Assembly: GCA_016206085.1 (NCBI GenBank)
Contig: JACQSF010000005.1
Span: 1,337 to 65,336 of the forward strand
Direction of reading: 5' to 3'
DNA: 64,000 nucleotides
Source: Candidatus Uhrbacteria bacterium
GTDB lineage: Bacteria; Patescibacteriota; Patescibacteriia; UBA9934; GWF2-40-263
Shown: positions 18,409 through 27,237 of the stretch, piece after piece
Position numbering within the stretch: the stretch's first letter is position 1
Layout of the letters: every line of letters begins with the position of its first letter
Made by a program: the position numbers and the translations under genes
The notes under the pieces: model-generated
The model's input: only the letters and a program-made list of their open reading frames with translations
Database searches by the model: none
What the model was told of the DNA's origin: nothing

Positions 18409-19356
18409 ATTGATCTGTGTGATCTCGTATCCGCCGAAGCCTTCTGAGATTCCATCCTTACTCAACAATTCAAGGTTTCCCTGCGAGAGCGGCGTGAGCT
18501 GAATCTCAAGGATAAGAGGATTGTCCACGTTGGCAAGAATTTTGTAACTCGCAAACGCATTCTTTGCCTCAATCACACGCACGGTTGTGCGTACATCATC
18601 GACGAGCAAGGTAAACTCCCCCCAATCTGGATCTGCCTCAAGCGTAAGAAACGAGTCTGTATCAACAGGCTCTTCTTCTGCTTCTATCGATTCCTGCGCT
18701 GATCCCGTAACGGACGAGAGCAACCCAGAAATACTATCCACGACCGATTTGATTCGACCGGTGGCATCCTCAACTTTCAACAGAGACTCATCAAACAGAC
18801 CCAGACTTACTTTCGTCTTTCGTGTACTGACGAGTTCCTCGTATGCGTCTCGTGAGAGCCAGATCAAAGAAGCTCCCACTTCTGCCGCATCTCCCTCGAG
18901 CCAGGCCTCAGGCAACATGAGGGTATCAGCCGATTTTATAGAGGTACTGGCGATTGTGCCTTCTACTACCCGTTCTTCATACGCAGGCTCAGGGGGTTCA
19001 GGAATCTCTGTCCCAATCGGTGAACTCGCATACTGAGCGTCATAACTTTGCTGTGCTGTTTTTGACGCCTCTGTCTCCACCTGTGTCTTTATGAACCATG
19101 AGAGACTCACTTGTTCCCCTGCGATCCACGAATCAATCGTAACGGTACGTTCTTCCTCTTCTCCACCCAACCATCCAACAATCTTTCCCCCCACACCCAA
19201 AACCGTTGGTCGAGTCACAAGCTTATTTCCAGCCAAAAAAGAAAGGGACGCCGCCGCTTCCTCCGGAGTCAGACTCGAAACGTTCGTGGTAGTACAGCCT
19301 GCGCCTACAAAAAGGAGGCACAGAACTGGAATCACGAATAGGTGTTTGACGGTCAT
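18391..19356 (-). CDS. hypothetical lipoprotein
   Basis: Signal peptide with lipobox LLFVGAGC. The mature part is acidic. No recognised domain. Confidence 0.5.
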   Translation of the reverse strand: MTVKHLFVIPVLCLLFVGAGCTTTNVSSLTPEEAAASLSFLAGNKLVTRPTVLGVGGKIVGWLGGEEEERTVTIDSWIAGEQVSLSWFIKTQVETEASKTAQQSYDAQYASSPIGTEIPEPPEPAYEERVVEGTIASTSIKSADTLMLPEAWLEGDAAEVGASLIWLSRDAYEELVSTRKTKVSLGLFDESLLKVEDATGRIKSVVDSISGLLSSVTGSAQESIEAEEEPVDTDSFLTLEADPDWGEFTLLVDDVRTTVRVIEAKNAFASYKILANVDNPLILEIQLTPLSQGNLELLSKDGISEGFGGYEITQINKKAAP

Positions 19357-19361
19357 AGATC

Positions 19362-19625
19362 TTATTCAAGTTTTTTGCCATCTGCCCAGTCGCGGATACG
19401 AGCCTCATCCGTAGCTCCACAAATAAACTGATCTGTGTCTGTATTGTGGAAAAACGGAACTCCCCCACAGCGACCTCCATCGACTTTTTCTAGTTTTCCG
19501 GCATTTTCCTCGTTGTGCCAGGTTTCGAGCTTGGCTATCTCCTTCCCCTCGGAAATAAGCTTATCAACAATGGGCATCATGTGATGACAGTGTGGACACT
19601 CCTCTCCGTAGTAAAAATTGAGCAT
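19362..19625 (-). CDS. small thioredoxin-fold protein (glutaredoxin-like, CPHC active site)
   Basis: MLNFYYGEECPHCHHMMPIV ... GGVPFF, which fits a thioredoxin fold. Confidence 0.6.
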   Translation of the reverse strand: MLNFYYGEECPHCHHMMPIVDKLISEGKEIAKLETWHNEENAGKLEKVDGGRCGGVPFFHNTDTDQFICGATDEARIRDWADGKKLE

Positions 19626-19702
19626 ATACGAACTCTCGTCATTGCGATCCGGCCTTCAGGCCGCAGAAGCAATCTCCTAAATTCTTATGGTAGAATTCTA
19701 GC

Positions 19703-20299
19703 ATGCTGCCTCGAGTCCTCACAGTAGTCTTGTTCATCGCTATCATGGGCCTCCTGGTCGCCCAGCGCTTTTCGCTTCCGCCGTCTCTCCCCACTCAAAT
19801 CACGGCTGTATACGAGGAAAGTAATTATCACACCGGTGAGACTCTTAAGCGTGGTCAGTCCGTGGTCACACCAGGAAGTGGATACCTGGCAATTTCAATC
19901 GGCGAGAACATTCAGATCTTCATGGCCGCCAACACAGAGCTTACTCTTGAACGGTTGTACGAGAACGAAATGACCGTGCATCTGACCAAAGGGCGAATCC
20001 TTGTTGACGCGCAAGGCGATGTTCCTATCAAAGTGGAAACGAACTTTACTCAGCACCTCGTCCTTGAAGATATCGTCTCGTTTATCAACTACGATTTCCT
20101 AGAAACGGTTCACGTCGTTCCGATCTCCGGTTCAGTCCAAGTAAGCATCGACTCGGGCGAGAATCTTCTCACACCCGTTCCTCTCTCAATTCATGAAACC
20201 GACCCTGTGACATTCGAGAAACTCGAGGTCAACCTCGCCGCCGGCGATGCAGCTAAGTTCTACGAGTGGACGGGCACTCTTCCACAAGTAACAAAATAG
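19703..20299 (+). CDS. hypothetical N-terminally membrane-anchored protein (possibly FecR-like beta-rich domain)
   Basis: One N-terminal TM helix. The remaining sequence is beta-rich. The domain call is weak. Confidence 0.35.
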   Translation: MLPRVLTVVLFIAIMGLLVAQRFSLPPSLPTQITAVYEESNYHTGETLKRGQSVVTPGSGYLAISIGENIQIFMAANTELTLERLYENEMTVHLTKGRILVDAQGDVPIKVETNFTQHLVLEDIVSFINYDFLETVHVVPISGSVQVSIDSGENLLTPVPLSIHETDPVTFEKLEVNLAAGDAAKFYEWTGTLPQVTK

Positions 20300-20344
20300 C
20301 AGCCTAGGAGGCTACTATTTTGTTGTCCACACAAACGTTTGACT

Positions 20345-21397
20345 TTAGTCGATGATGCCGCCTCCGAGAACTTTGTCCCCATCGTAGAAGACGATCGACT
20401 GACCGGGGGTAACGGCGCGTTGGGGATCCTTGAAAGTGACAACGACACGATCGATGCTAACCACCCCCAACCCCTCCTTAAAAAGGAGTGGGGTCGAAAT
20501 CGTGCAGTCCTGTAGCTCTTGGCGATAACGGATGCGAGCTTTGCACACACACGGAACCATCGGCTTCTCGAACCAGTTGAGATGCGAGGCGGTAAGTTCT
20601 GAACGGAAGAGGGCTGGGTGAAAGTTACTTGCGACGACCAGCTCATTCGTTACTGGTCGTTTCTCCACAACATAGTACGGCGTTCCGCCACCGATCCCAA
20701 GTCCTTCGCGCTGACCGAGTGTGTAAAACGCCAAACCCTCATGTGTGCCGATGACCTTTCCGTCGACCGTTACCACGTTGCCTGGATTCTTTGGAAGCCG
20801 TTCCTGCAGGAAGGTTCGCATATCTACTTCGCCGACGAAACAAATTCCCGTTGAGTCCTTCTTGTCCGCGACCTCAAGACCTAGTTCTCGCGCCTTTTCT
20901 CGTACTTGGGGCTTAGTCATTTCTCCAATGGGAAATAAGACTCGAGAGACAACGCCTGGCTTCATCGCCCATAAAAAATAACTTTGATCCTTGTTCTTGT
21001 CAGCTCCGGTATAGAGCTTTCCGTCGATGGACCGAGCGTAATGACCAGTCGCAACAAAGGCACAGCCTAAACGATCGGCCTCCTGAACGAAGCGATCAAA
21101 CTTTATGTACTTGTTGCACAAGACGTCTGGATTTGGGGTGCGTCCTGCCTCGAACTCGCGGAACATGTCGTCCACCACGGCCTCGCGATACTCTTTTTCA
21201 AAATCAAACGTCACAAACGGAATCCCAAGCTTGGCCGATACACGGGTGGCATCTCGCTGATCACGGCGCCAATCGCAGTTGGACCAATTCTTCATGAACG
21301 CACCGATCACCTCATACCCTTGTTCAATCAAAAGCGCCGCGGACACAGATGAGTCCACCCCGCCAGAGATGCCAACTAACACCTTGGGCTTGTTCAC
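20345..21397 (-). CDS. mnmA: tRNA 2-thiouridine(34) synthase MnmA
   Basis: PP-loop VGISGGVDSSVSA, CNKYIKF, ATGHYAR, DQSYFL and C-terminal TPGQSIVFYDGDKVLGGGII. Confidence 0.9.
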   Translation of the reverse strand: MNKPKVLVGISGGVDSSVSAALLIEQGYEVIGAFMKNWSNCDWRRDQRDATRVSAKLGIPFVTFDFEKEYREAVVDDMFREFEAGRTPNPDVLCNKYIKFDRFVQEADRLGCAFVATGHYARSIDGKLYTGADKNKDQSYFLWAMKPGVVSRVLFPIGEMTKPQVREKARELGLEVADKKDSTGICFVGEVDMRTFLQERLPKNPGNVVTVDGKVIGTHEGLAFYTLGQREGLGIGGGTPYYVVEKRPVTNELVVASNFHPALFRSELTASHLNWFEKPMVPCVCKARIRYRQELQDCTISTPLLFKEGLGVVSIDRVVVTFKDPQRAVTPGQSIVFYDGDKVLGGGIID

Positions 21398-21408
21398 AGA
21401 CGCACAAG

Positions 21409-22716
21409 CTACACGAGTTTAGCGAATTTGCCAACATCTTCCCGGTGCACGAAGAAATCTGTGAACTGGAGTTTCTCGTTATACTTTTGAAGAAGATCCG
21501 AGTACTGAAAGATCGGGACGAGGTCGTATCCGCTGATCTTTTTCTTTTTGACGAAAATCTTTTGGGTTTTCTCCGGCGCTTCGCCCAAGAAGGTCAATTC
21601 TTTCTTGATGGAATGTGTGAACCACTTGATCTTCGCCTTATCGCACATAGTTTTGAGCGCCTCGAGTGTGTCTCGATCTTCTGGTTTGACCACGTCGTGA
21701 AGACGCAAAATGCGTTTCGACGTCAGACGACTCATGAGATGCATGGACCAATAGTTCTCTTCACTTCGTGCCGCCGCGAACAATTGTTCGATCACGGCTC
21801 CGTCACGGAGCATTGCATAGGCATGAGGCTCTGTTGGAATCTGTAAATCGATTTCTCCTTGGATGATGGCCTGCTCGAGGTAGTGGGTGAATCCCATTTT
21901 TGTCTTGTGACAGTAGACCTGATCGATCATGTGATAACGCGCCAGTAAGAGATCCTCAAACGCGCGGACGCCATTCTCGGAAATGATGAACACGAGACCC
22001 CCATCATGTTCCTCCACCCCCATACTTGAGATGAGCCAGTCTATGTCATACTGCCCGTACGCCACGCCGCAAAAATAGCTATCGCGCAAAAGATAGTCCA
22101 TGCGGTCGCAATCAACCTCGCCGGAGATGAACCCCTTGAGAACTTTCTGCAAACTCGGGACACGAGACTCAAGCGTTGCTAGCCACGCAGAAGGACTCGC
22201 ATCAGTATGAATGAGCGAACAGATATCCTGCGCCATCTCTAATTCGAGAACTCGTTCGCTCGCAAGCGTTTGAATGAGCAAGACGCTATAGTCTTCGTGC
22301 ACGGCCTGTCGTTCTACAGACTCACCACGCCAGGCAGACCAATCGATTGGAAGATCACGGAGCTTTGGAAACACGATCTCAGAGGCGTGTGAAAATGGGC
22401 CATGACCGATATCGTGCAGGAGTCCAGCTAGTCTGACACGTTGACGAAGGCTCTCAACTTCCTCGCGTGTCAGGCGAAAAAAAACATCCGGGGCACTCTC
22501 AACCACGCGACCAAAAAGTCGACCCGCGACATGCATGGCACCAAGGGCATGGCTAAAACGGTCATGCACCGCTCCTGGGTAGACGTACGCCTGGATAAAC
22601 CCAAGCTGTGAAATAAATCTCAACCGTTGAAAAAACGGGTGGTCAATAATCCCCCGTTCAAATTCATTGAATGCAATACGCTTATGAACCGGATCGCGTA
22701 GTTCGTAATCACTCAT
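21409..22716 (-). CDS. HD-domain phosphohydrolase (dNTP triphosphohydrolase-like)
   Basis: RLRFISQLG...VHDRFSHALGAMHVA...LLHDIGHGPFSH. The start was moved to ATG 22716; the upstream 84 nt of the track ORF are a hairpin repeat. Confidence 0.8.
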   Translation of the reverse strand: MSDYELRDPVHKRIAFNEFERGIIDHPFFQRLRFISQLGFIQAYVYPGAVHDRFSHALGAMHVAGRLFGRVVESAPDVFFRLTREEVESLRQRVRLAGLLHDIGHGPFSHASEIVFPKLRDLPIDWSAWRGESVERQAVHEDYSVLLIQTLASERVLELEMAQDICSLIHTDASPSAWLATLESRVPSLQKVLKGFISGEVDCDRMDYLLRDSYFCGVAYGQYDIDWLISSMGVEEHDGGLVFIISENGVRAFEDLLLARYHMIDQVYCHKTKMGFTHYLEQAIIQGEIDLQIPTEPHAYAMLRDGAVIEQLFAAARSEENYWSMHLMSRLTSKRILRLHDVVKPEDRDTLEALKTMCDKAKIKWFTHSIKKELTFLGEAPEKTQKIFVKKKKISGYDLVPIFQYSDLLQKYNEKLQFTDFFVHREDVGKFAKLV

Positions 22717-22725
22717 AGAGGGTTG

Positions 22726-22798
22726 GGTCAGGCAATACATGAAAAAATTTCTTGCTGGCAAAGCCGGGCCAAGAAATATTTTCATGTACTGTCTGACC
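22726..22798. repeat. 73-nt hairpin element, copy B (conserved apex ttcttgctggcaaagccgggccaag)
   Basis: Basal stem ggtcaggcaatacatga / tcatgtactgtctgacc (17 positions, 2 non-Watson-Crick). The apex is identical to that of the copy at 42052-42127. The element fills the uppP-to-HD intergenic gap. Confidence 0.65.
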
Positions 22799-22802
22799 AC
22801 AA

Positions 22803-23600
22803 CTACAGTAGCAGGAGTATCGCGATACCGACAAGCACACGGAAAATGGCGAGCTCGCTGAAACTATATCTCTTGAGAAACTTCAGAAGGAACTTCACGG
22901 TAATAAACGCGCTAATCATGGCAACGATAAACCCCACAGCGAGCGGTAGCAAGGCGATGGTCTCCTCTCCGTTGACCACGCTGCCAAGTTTCAGGAATCC
23001 GGCGGCCGCAATCGTAGGGATCGAGAGGAGGAACGAGAAACGTGCGGCGGTCTCTCGAGAGAGTCCGGATGCCAGTCCCGCGGTCATGGTGATACCGGAG
23101 CGTGAGGTTCCAGGAATAATGGCAATCATTTGGGCAAATCCAATGAGGAACGCGCGCTTGAGTCCCACGCTTTGAGGACGGTCTTTTATTTCCTTCACGC
23201 GACGATCCACGAAGTAAAGCACGCTTCCCCAGACAATGAACGACCATGCGACTATTTCAACAGAACGAAATTCAATCTCAAAAACTTCCTGAAAAAGGAA
23301 ACCAACAAGAAGGACTGGGATCGTCGCAAGGGCCACCCAGGTCGCAAGTTTGCGCCAAGCCACAGAAGCTTCATCATGGGAAGGAACCAGAAGGGCACCA
23401 ATCATGGACTTCACCTCATGCCAAAGCACCGCTACAATCGCCACCAGCGTGGCGATGTGTAAGAATGCATCAAATGCGAGACTCTGAACATCCCATCCAA
23501 ACACTTCTGGAACAAGAATTAAAAAACCCGAGCTTGAGATCGGCAAAAATTCCGTGATGCCCTGGACCAGACCCAGGACAATCGCCTGTGTAACGGTCAT
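22803..23600 (-). CDS. uppP: undecaprenyl-diphosphate phosphatase
   Basis: VLGLVQGITEFLPISSSGF ... IIPGTSRSGITMTAGL. The start was moved to ATG 23600, 1 nt after the upstream stop. Confidence 0.9.
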   Translation of the reverse strand: MTVTQAIVLGLVQGITEFLPISSSGFLILVPEVFGWDVQSLAFDAFLHIATLVAIVAVLWHEVKSMIGALLVPSHDEASVAWRKLATWVALATIPVLLVGFLFQEVFEIEFRSVEIVAWSFIVWGSVLYFVDRRVKEIKDRPQSVGLKRAFLIGFAQMIAIIPGTSRSGITMTAGLASGLSRETAARFSFLLSIPTIAAAGFLKLGSVVNGEETIALLPLAVGFIVAMISAFITVKFLLKFLKRYSFSELAIFRVLVGIAILLLL

Positions 23601-23601
23601 A

Positions 23602-25635
23602 TTAATCAAATCGAATCGTTTGGCCGGTGTGAAGCGTGCCTGTTTGATTTGTTGATTCGGACGTAACTTCGGGAGCCGAAGCCAGTTTTTTCTTCTTTCG
23701 TTTTCGTTTTCTTTTTTCCAATACGGTATCTCCACCTGAATTGATTGCCCTCGGAATCGTTTTCGTTGCTATTTCTGTTTTACGACGTTCACGAATTTTT
23801 GCTAAACAGTTCTCACAATAGAGCGGCCGTGATGGATCAAGTTTTACGCCTGCTTTAAACGCCGTACCACACTGATTGCAGATGTACTCATAGGTTTCCC
23901 CCCGCATCTCTTTTTTTCGTGGACGAATTTCTGCCTGCGTCGGTGTCTTCTGTCCCTCAAACAGCACCCCAAGATTCAAAGATGGTCCGTCGAGCGCTTC
24001 TTGTGTAGGTTCGGGTTTGGATTCTGGTCTTGATCCTTCCTGTGTGTGCGGCTTGTGAAGTGCCCCAAGGCTTATGGAGGGCTCCTCTGGTAATAACCTT
24101 ATTGGTTTCTCTTCCAGTGGTCTGGAAGGAGTTTCCAGAAACCTCCCTTTTTTTCCTTTCCGTTCCTCGCGAACGATGGCGATACAATCATCGCAATAAA
24201 TCGGACGTGATCGATCCAGTTCAACCGGAAGGACGATACCTGTTGCACATCGTGAACAGGTATATTCAAACCGAGGTTTCTTACTCTCTTTGGCCATCTT
24301 TTTCTTTTCAGCAGCCTCCTGCAGAAGCTCATCAACGTCGGCGTTCTCCATCCCGCTCCATTGTAAAACTTTTTCTTCTATTTCCACACGCGGTTTGGCG
24401 TAACGTTCGCGAGAAATTTTGATGACTTTTTGTTCTGATCCAGTTTTTTGAGAAATGGGCGGCAACGTGATCGCGGAGAATGGTTGACTTGTTACACCAT
24501 CAATCAACAGTTTAAGGTAGATGTTATATTTGGGGAGGTTGATAATGTCTTCAGGCGTAAATCGGGGCATGAATTCCGTTTCCATAAACGCGGCGTCTGG
24601 TGAACCAACACGGAACGTTATAATTGTTCCCACGTTTCCAAACACCGCGTCACGCACCGGCTCGGTTAGCTGCGCGATGTACTGATGAGCCATCGTCAAA
24701 CACAGGCGATACTTCCGAGCCTCAGAAAGGATGGAGGCGAACGACTCAACGGCGAAATTTTGAAACTCGTCAACGTAGAGGTAAAAATCTTTCCTCTCAT
24801 GCTCCAGTGTATCCACGCGTTCCATCGCGGCAAGCTGCATCTTGGTAATCAATAATCCACCCAGAAGCCGCGAGTTATCTTCACCGATACGACCTTTTGA
24901 GAGGTTAATGATGAAGATTTTTTGACTATCCATAATGTCCCGAACATTGATGGAGGACTTTACTTGCGCAACAATGTTTCGAATCACAACGGCTGACAGA
25001 AACTGTCCAATCTTATTTTGAATCGGAGCAACGGCCTCCTGGGCATATTTCTCATTGTAGGAAGCAAACTCAACCAGCCAGAACTGTTTCACGACAGGGT
25101 CCTTCACGTTTCCCACGATCCGTTTGCGAAAATCCGCATCCGATAACATGCGGTTAATGCCAAGCAATGTTTGCCCTGGCGAATCCATCAGAGCCAACAG
25201 GGTGTTATTCAAAATGTATTCCATACGACTGGACCACATATTCTCCCAAATTTTTTGAAACACTCCCATCATGCCTGAAACGACGAGATGTTTATGAGAT
25301 TCACTTACCGCCTCCAGAATATTGAATCCCACAGGGAAATCCATGTCCGCCGGATTAAAATATACGACGTCGTTGAGACGCCAACTGGGAATAAAGTCAA
25401 TGAGCCTTTCGGCTGTATCTCCATGCGGATCGACGTAGCAACAACCATGTCCAGCATAAATATCCGATAACATGAAATTTTCCAATAAGACCGTTTTGCC
25501 CATGCCTGTTTTTCCAATCACATACACATGCCGACGTCGGTCGTCAGTCCTGATTCCAAACTTTGTCATCTGATTACGGAAATTTGTCTTGGCGAAGTAG
25601 GTAACTTCGGTTTCGTGTTCGTGATTGTATGACAT
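23602..25635 (-). CDS. TraD/VirD4-like (type IV coupling-protein-like) P-loop ATPase with two C-terminal CxxC-x17-CxxC zinc ribbons
   Basis: Walker A GKTGMGKT, Walker B FYLYVDEFQNF and a TMAHQYIAQL motif. There is no TM segment. The C-terminal third contains C460/C463/C481/C484 and C586/C589/C607/C610 plus a poly-Lys tract. Confidence 0.7.
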   Translation of the reverse strand: MSYNHEHETEVTYFAKTNFRNQMTKFGIRTDDRRRHVYVIGKTGMGKTVLLENFMLSDIYAGHGCCYVDPHGDTAERLIDFIPSWRLNDVVYFNPADMDFPVGFNILEAVSESHKHLVVSGMMGVFQKIWENMWSSRMEYILNNTLLALMDSPGQTLLGINRMLSDADFRKRIVGNVKDPVVKQFWLVEFASYNEKYAQEAVAPIQNKIGQFLSAVVIRNIVAQVKSSINVRDIMDSQKIFIINLSKGRIGEDNSRLLGGLLITKMQLAAMERVDTLEHERKDFYLYVDEFQNFAVESFASILSEARKYRLCLTMAHQYIAQLTEPVRDAVFGNVGTIITFRVGSPDAAFMETEFMPRFTPEDIINLPKYNIYLKLLIDGVTSQPFSAITLPPISQKTGSEQKVIKISRERYAKPRVEIEEKVLQWSGMENADVDELLQEAAEKKKMAKESKKPRFEYTCSRCATGIVLPVELDRSRPIYCDDCIAIVREERKGKKGRFLETPSRPLEEKPIRLLPEEPSISLGALHKPHTQEGSRPESKPEPTQEALDGPSLNLGVLFEGQKTPTQAEIRPRKKEMRGETYEYICNQCGTAFKAGVKLDPSRPLYCENCLAKIRERRKTEIATKTIPRAINSGGDTVLEKRKRKRKKKKLASAPEVTSESTNQTGTLHTGQTIRFD

Positions 25636-25641
25636 GGGGGT

Positions 25642-27183
25642 CTAAATAGGGAGATTGGATGGAACGTCTTCTGACGGCGTTGCTTGTTCATCGTCAACCT
25701 CTAATTTTTTCGGCATGTGTGGGTGTGGCATGGCCTGAGAAAGTGGTTCATCGCTTACCGTTTCAGTCATCACAGGAAACGCTTGTCTGTCTGGTTCAGG
25801 TTCCATCCCAGGCGGCACGTATCCAGGCAATGTTTCCTCCAAGTACGTAATGGGAAGTCCAGAAGGCGGTTCCGCACGTTTTGATTCGCTCTTTTTGACC
25901 AGTGGAGCTTTGATGGTGATCGAGGGAAAGTGCCAAATCGTAGCCAATTCTTCCACATTCAAGAAAAACGGGTCAGCACCCACTCCCCAACTTCGTCGTT
26001 GATACGCAGACATCAGTCGACGTTGTTTTGTCGTGTAAAACCATCGCATCCAAAAATAGTCATCTTTAGGAACGGAAGGGACGTGAACAGTAAATTTGTT
26101 GAGGTTGAGGTTGGTAAGCTGGTTAAGAACCCCCTTCACGATCCCCGTTCGTTCCACTTTTACGAACGCATTTTTTCGAGCGACATACAGCACCCGAATC
26201 TTGCACCCAAGCCCGATCTTGGACGCTTTTCTGAGGATCGCTTCTGCTTCCTCCTTCTGGGCAATGGTCACCTTAAACGCCTTCCATTGATCCTCAACTT
26301 TTTCCTGCTCCTTTGATCCAAGCAGGCCACTCACATCCATCCCTATTGCCTCCTGAATAAGCCCTGCCGGCCAAGAAACGGTAGAATCAAGCGCCTCGAG
26401 AAAAAAACTTTTCTTTGCTTTCTCCTCAACACCGTACAATTTATTCACAAATTTGACACTCTTTTTCTGCCAATTGCTATCCGATGGTTGTACAAGAATC
26501 TGAATCCAAAAATGTTCTCCGGCACGCATCTTGGCGAGTTGTTCAAGCGTTACGCCAAGCGGATCCTTGATCTCCTGGGAAATTCGATCCTCAAAATCCA
26601 AATGCGTTCGAACAGGGTAAATCTGATCCCTGTCCAGTTTCATTTCGGCGCCCCACATTTCGTAGTCGTCATTGGGGAACTCGAAAGGATACTTCTTGGC
26701 ATAGTCCTCGACCTCTGAAATTTCTGCCTCAGGATAATTCGCGTAGACCCCCGCCTCAATCACGTCGCGAAACCGTGTTTGTGTACGAACCAAAAATTGG
26801 ATGTACCCTTCTGTAGAAATGATCTCAAACGCAAACACCGGATGAAGTTTCCCGTCCATCCACTTCTCCTTCCAGGTGATGGTGGACTTTGTAGCCATCA
26901 AAGAAGCAAAGAAATTTTCGAAGGCCTTGGGTGTCTGTTCGGTCATGCTGGGAACATCGATGGCAAGCACCGTGAACTTCATCTTGACTGAATATTTTCC
27001 CCGTCGATCATTGAGCCACATTTCAGCAAATCCCCAGCCCAGGGTGATGACGATGGGAATCCATCCAAACCAAATAAAAATCTCAAAAAGAATAACGTCA
27101 ATCGGCTGTGCAAAAAACGAGGAGCCACTGGAGGCGACCCCTGTTGCTTGGTGTGCGATGGGAATGACGAACAATGAAAGCAT
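25642..27183 (-). CDS. hypothetical membrane protein (two N-terminal TM helices plus a large cytoplasmic domain), partner of the ATPase
   Basis: Hydrophobic N-terminus (FEIFIWFGWIPIVITLGWGF). A 6-nt gap separates it from the downstream ATPase gene. No recognised domain. Confidence 0.5.
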   Translation of the reverse strand: MLSLFVIPIAHQATGVASSGSSFFAQPIDVILFEIFIWFGWIPIVITLGWGFAEMWLNDRRGKYSVKMKFTVLAIDVPSMTEQTPKAFENFFASLMATKSTITWKEKWMDGKLHPVFAFEIISTEGYIQFLVRTQTRFRDVIEAGVYANYPEAEISEVEDYAKKYPFEFPNDDYEMWGAEMKLDRDQIYPVRTHLDFEDRISQEIKDPLGVTLEQLAKMRAGEHFWIQILVQPSDSNWQKKSVKFVNKLYGVEEKAKKSFFLEALDSTVSWPAGLIQEAIGMDVSGLLGSKEQEKVEDQWKAFKVTIAQKEEAEAILRKASKIGLGCKIRVLYVARKNAFVKVERTGIVKGVLNQLTNLNLNKFTVHVPSVPKDDYFWMRWFYTTKQRRLMSAYQRRSWGVGADPFFLNVEELATIWHFPSITIKAPLVKKSESKRAEPPSGLPITYLEETLPGYVPPGMEPEPDRQAFPVMTETVSDEPLSQAMPHPHMPKKLEVDDEQATPSEDVPSNLPI

Positions 27184-27202
27184 ACAGACAAAACTAGTAT
27201 AT

Positions 27203-27232
27203 CAAAAAACTGGGTCTGCACCCAGTTTTTCT
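27203..27232 (-). terminator. Rho-independent terminator after secF
   Basis: aaaaactgggt-ctgc-acccagttttt, an 11-bp stem with a T-run on the minus strand. Confidence 0.5.
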
Positions 27233-27237
27233 TTCTC

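Noticed and set aside
23602-25635. FtsK/SpoIIIE or HerA assignment for the 677-aa ATPase
   Set aside because: There are no N-terminal TM segments and no FtsK gamma domain. The AHQ...QL motif after Walker B and the overall order fit TraD/VirD4-type coupling proteins better. The family call still needs a profile search.
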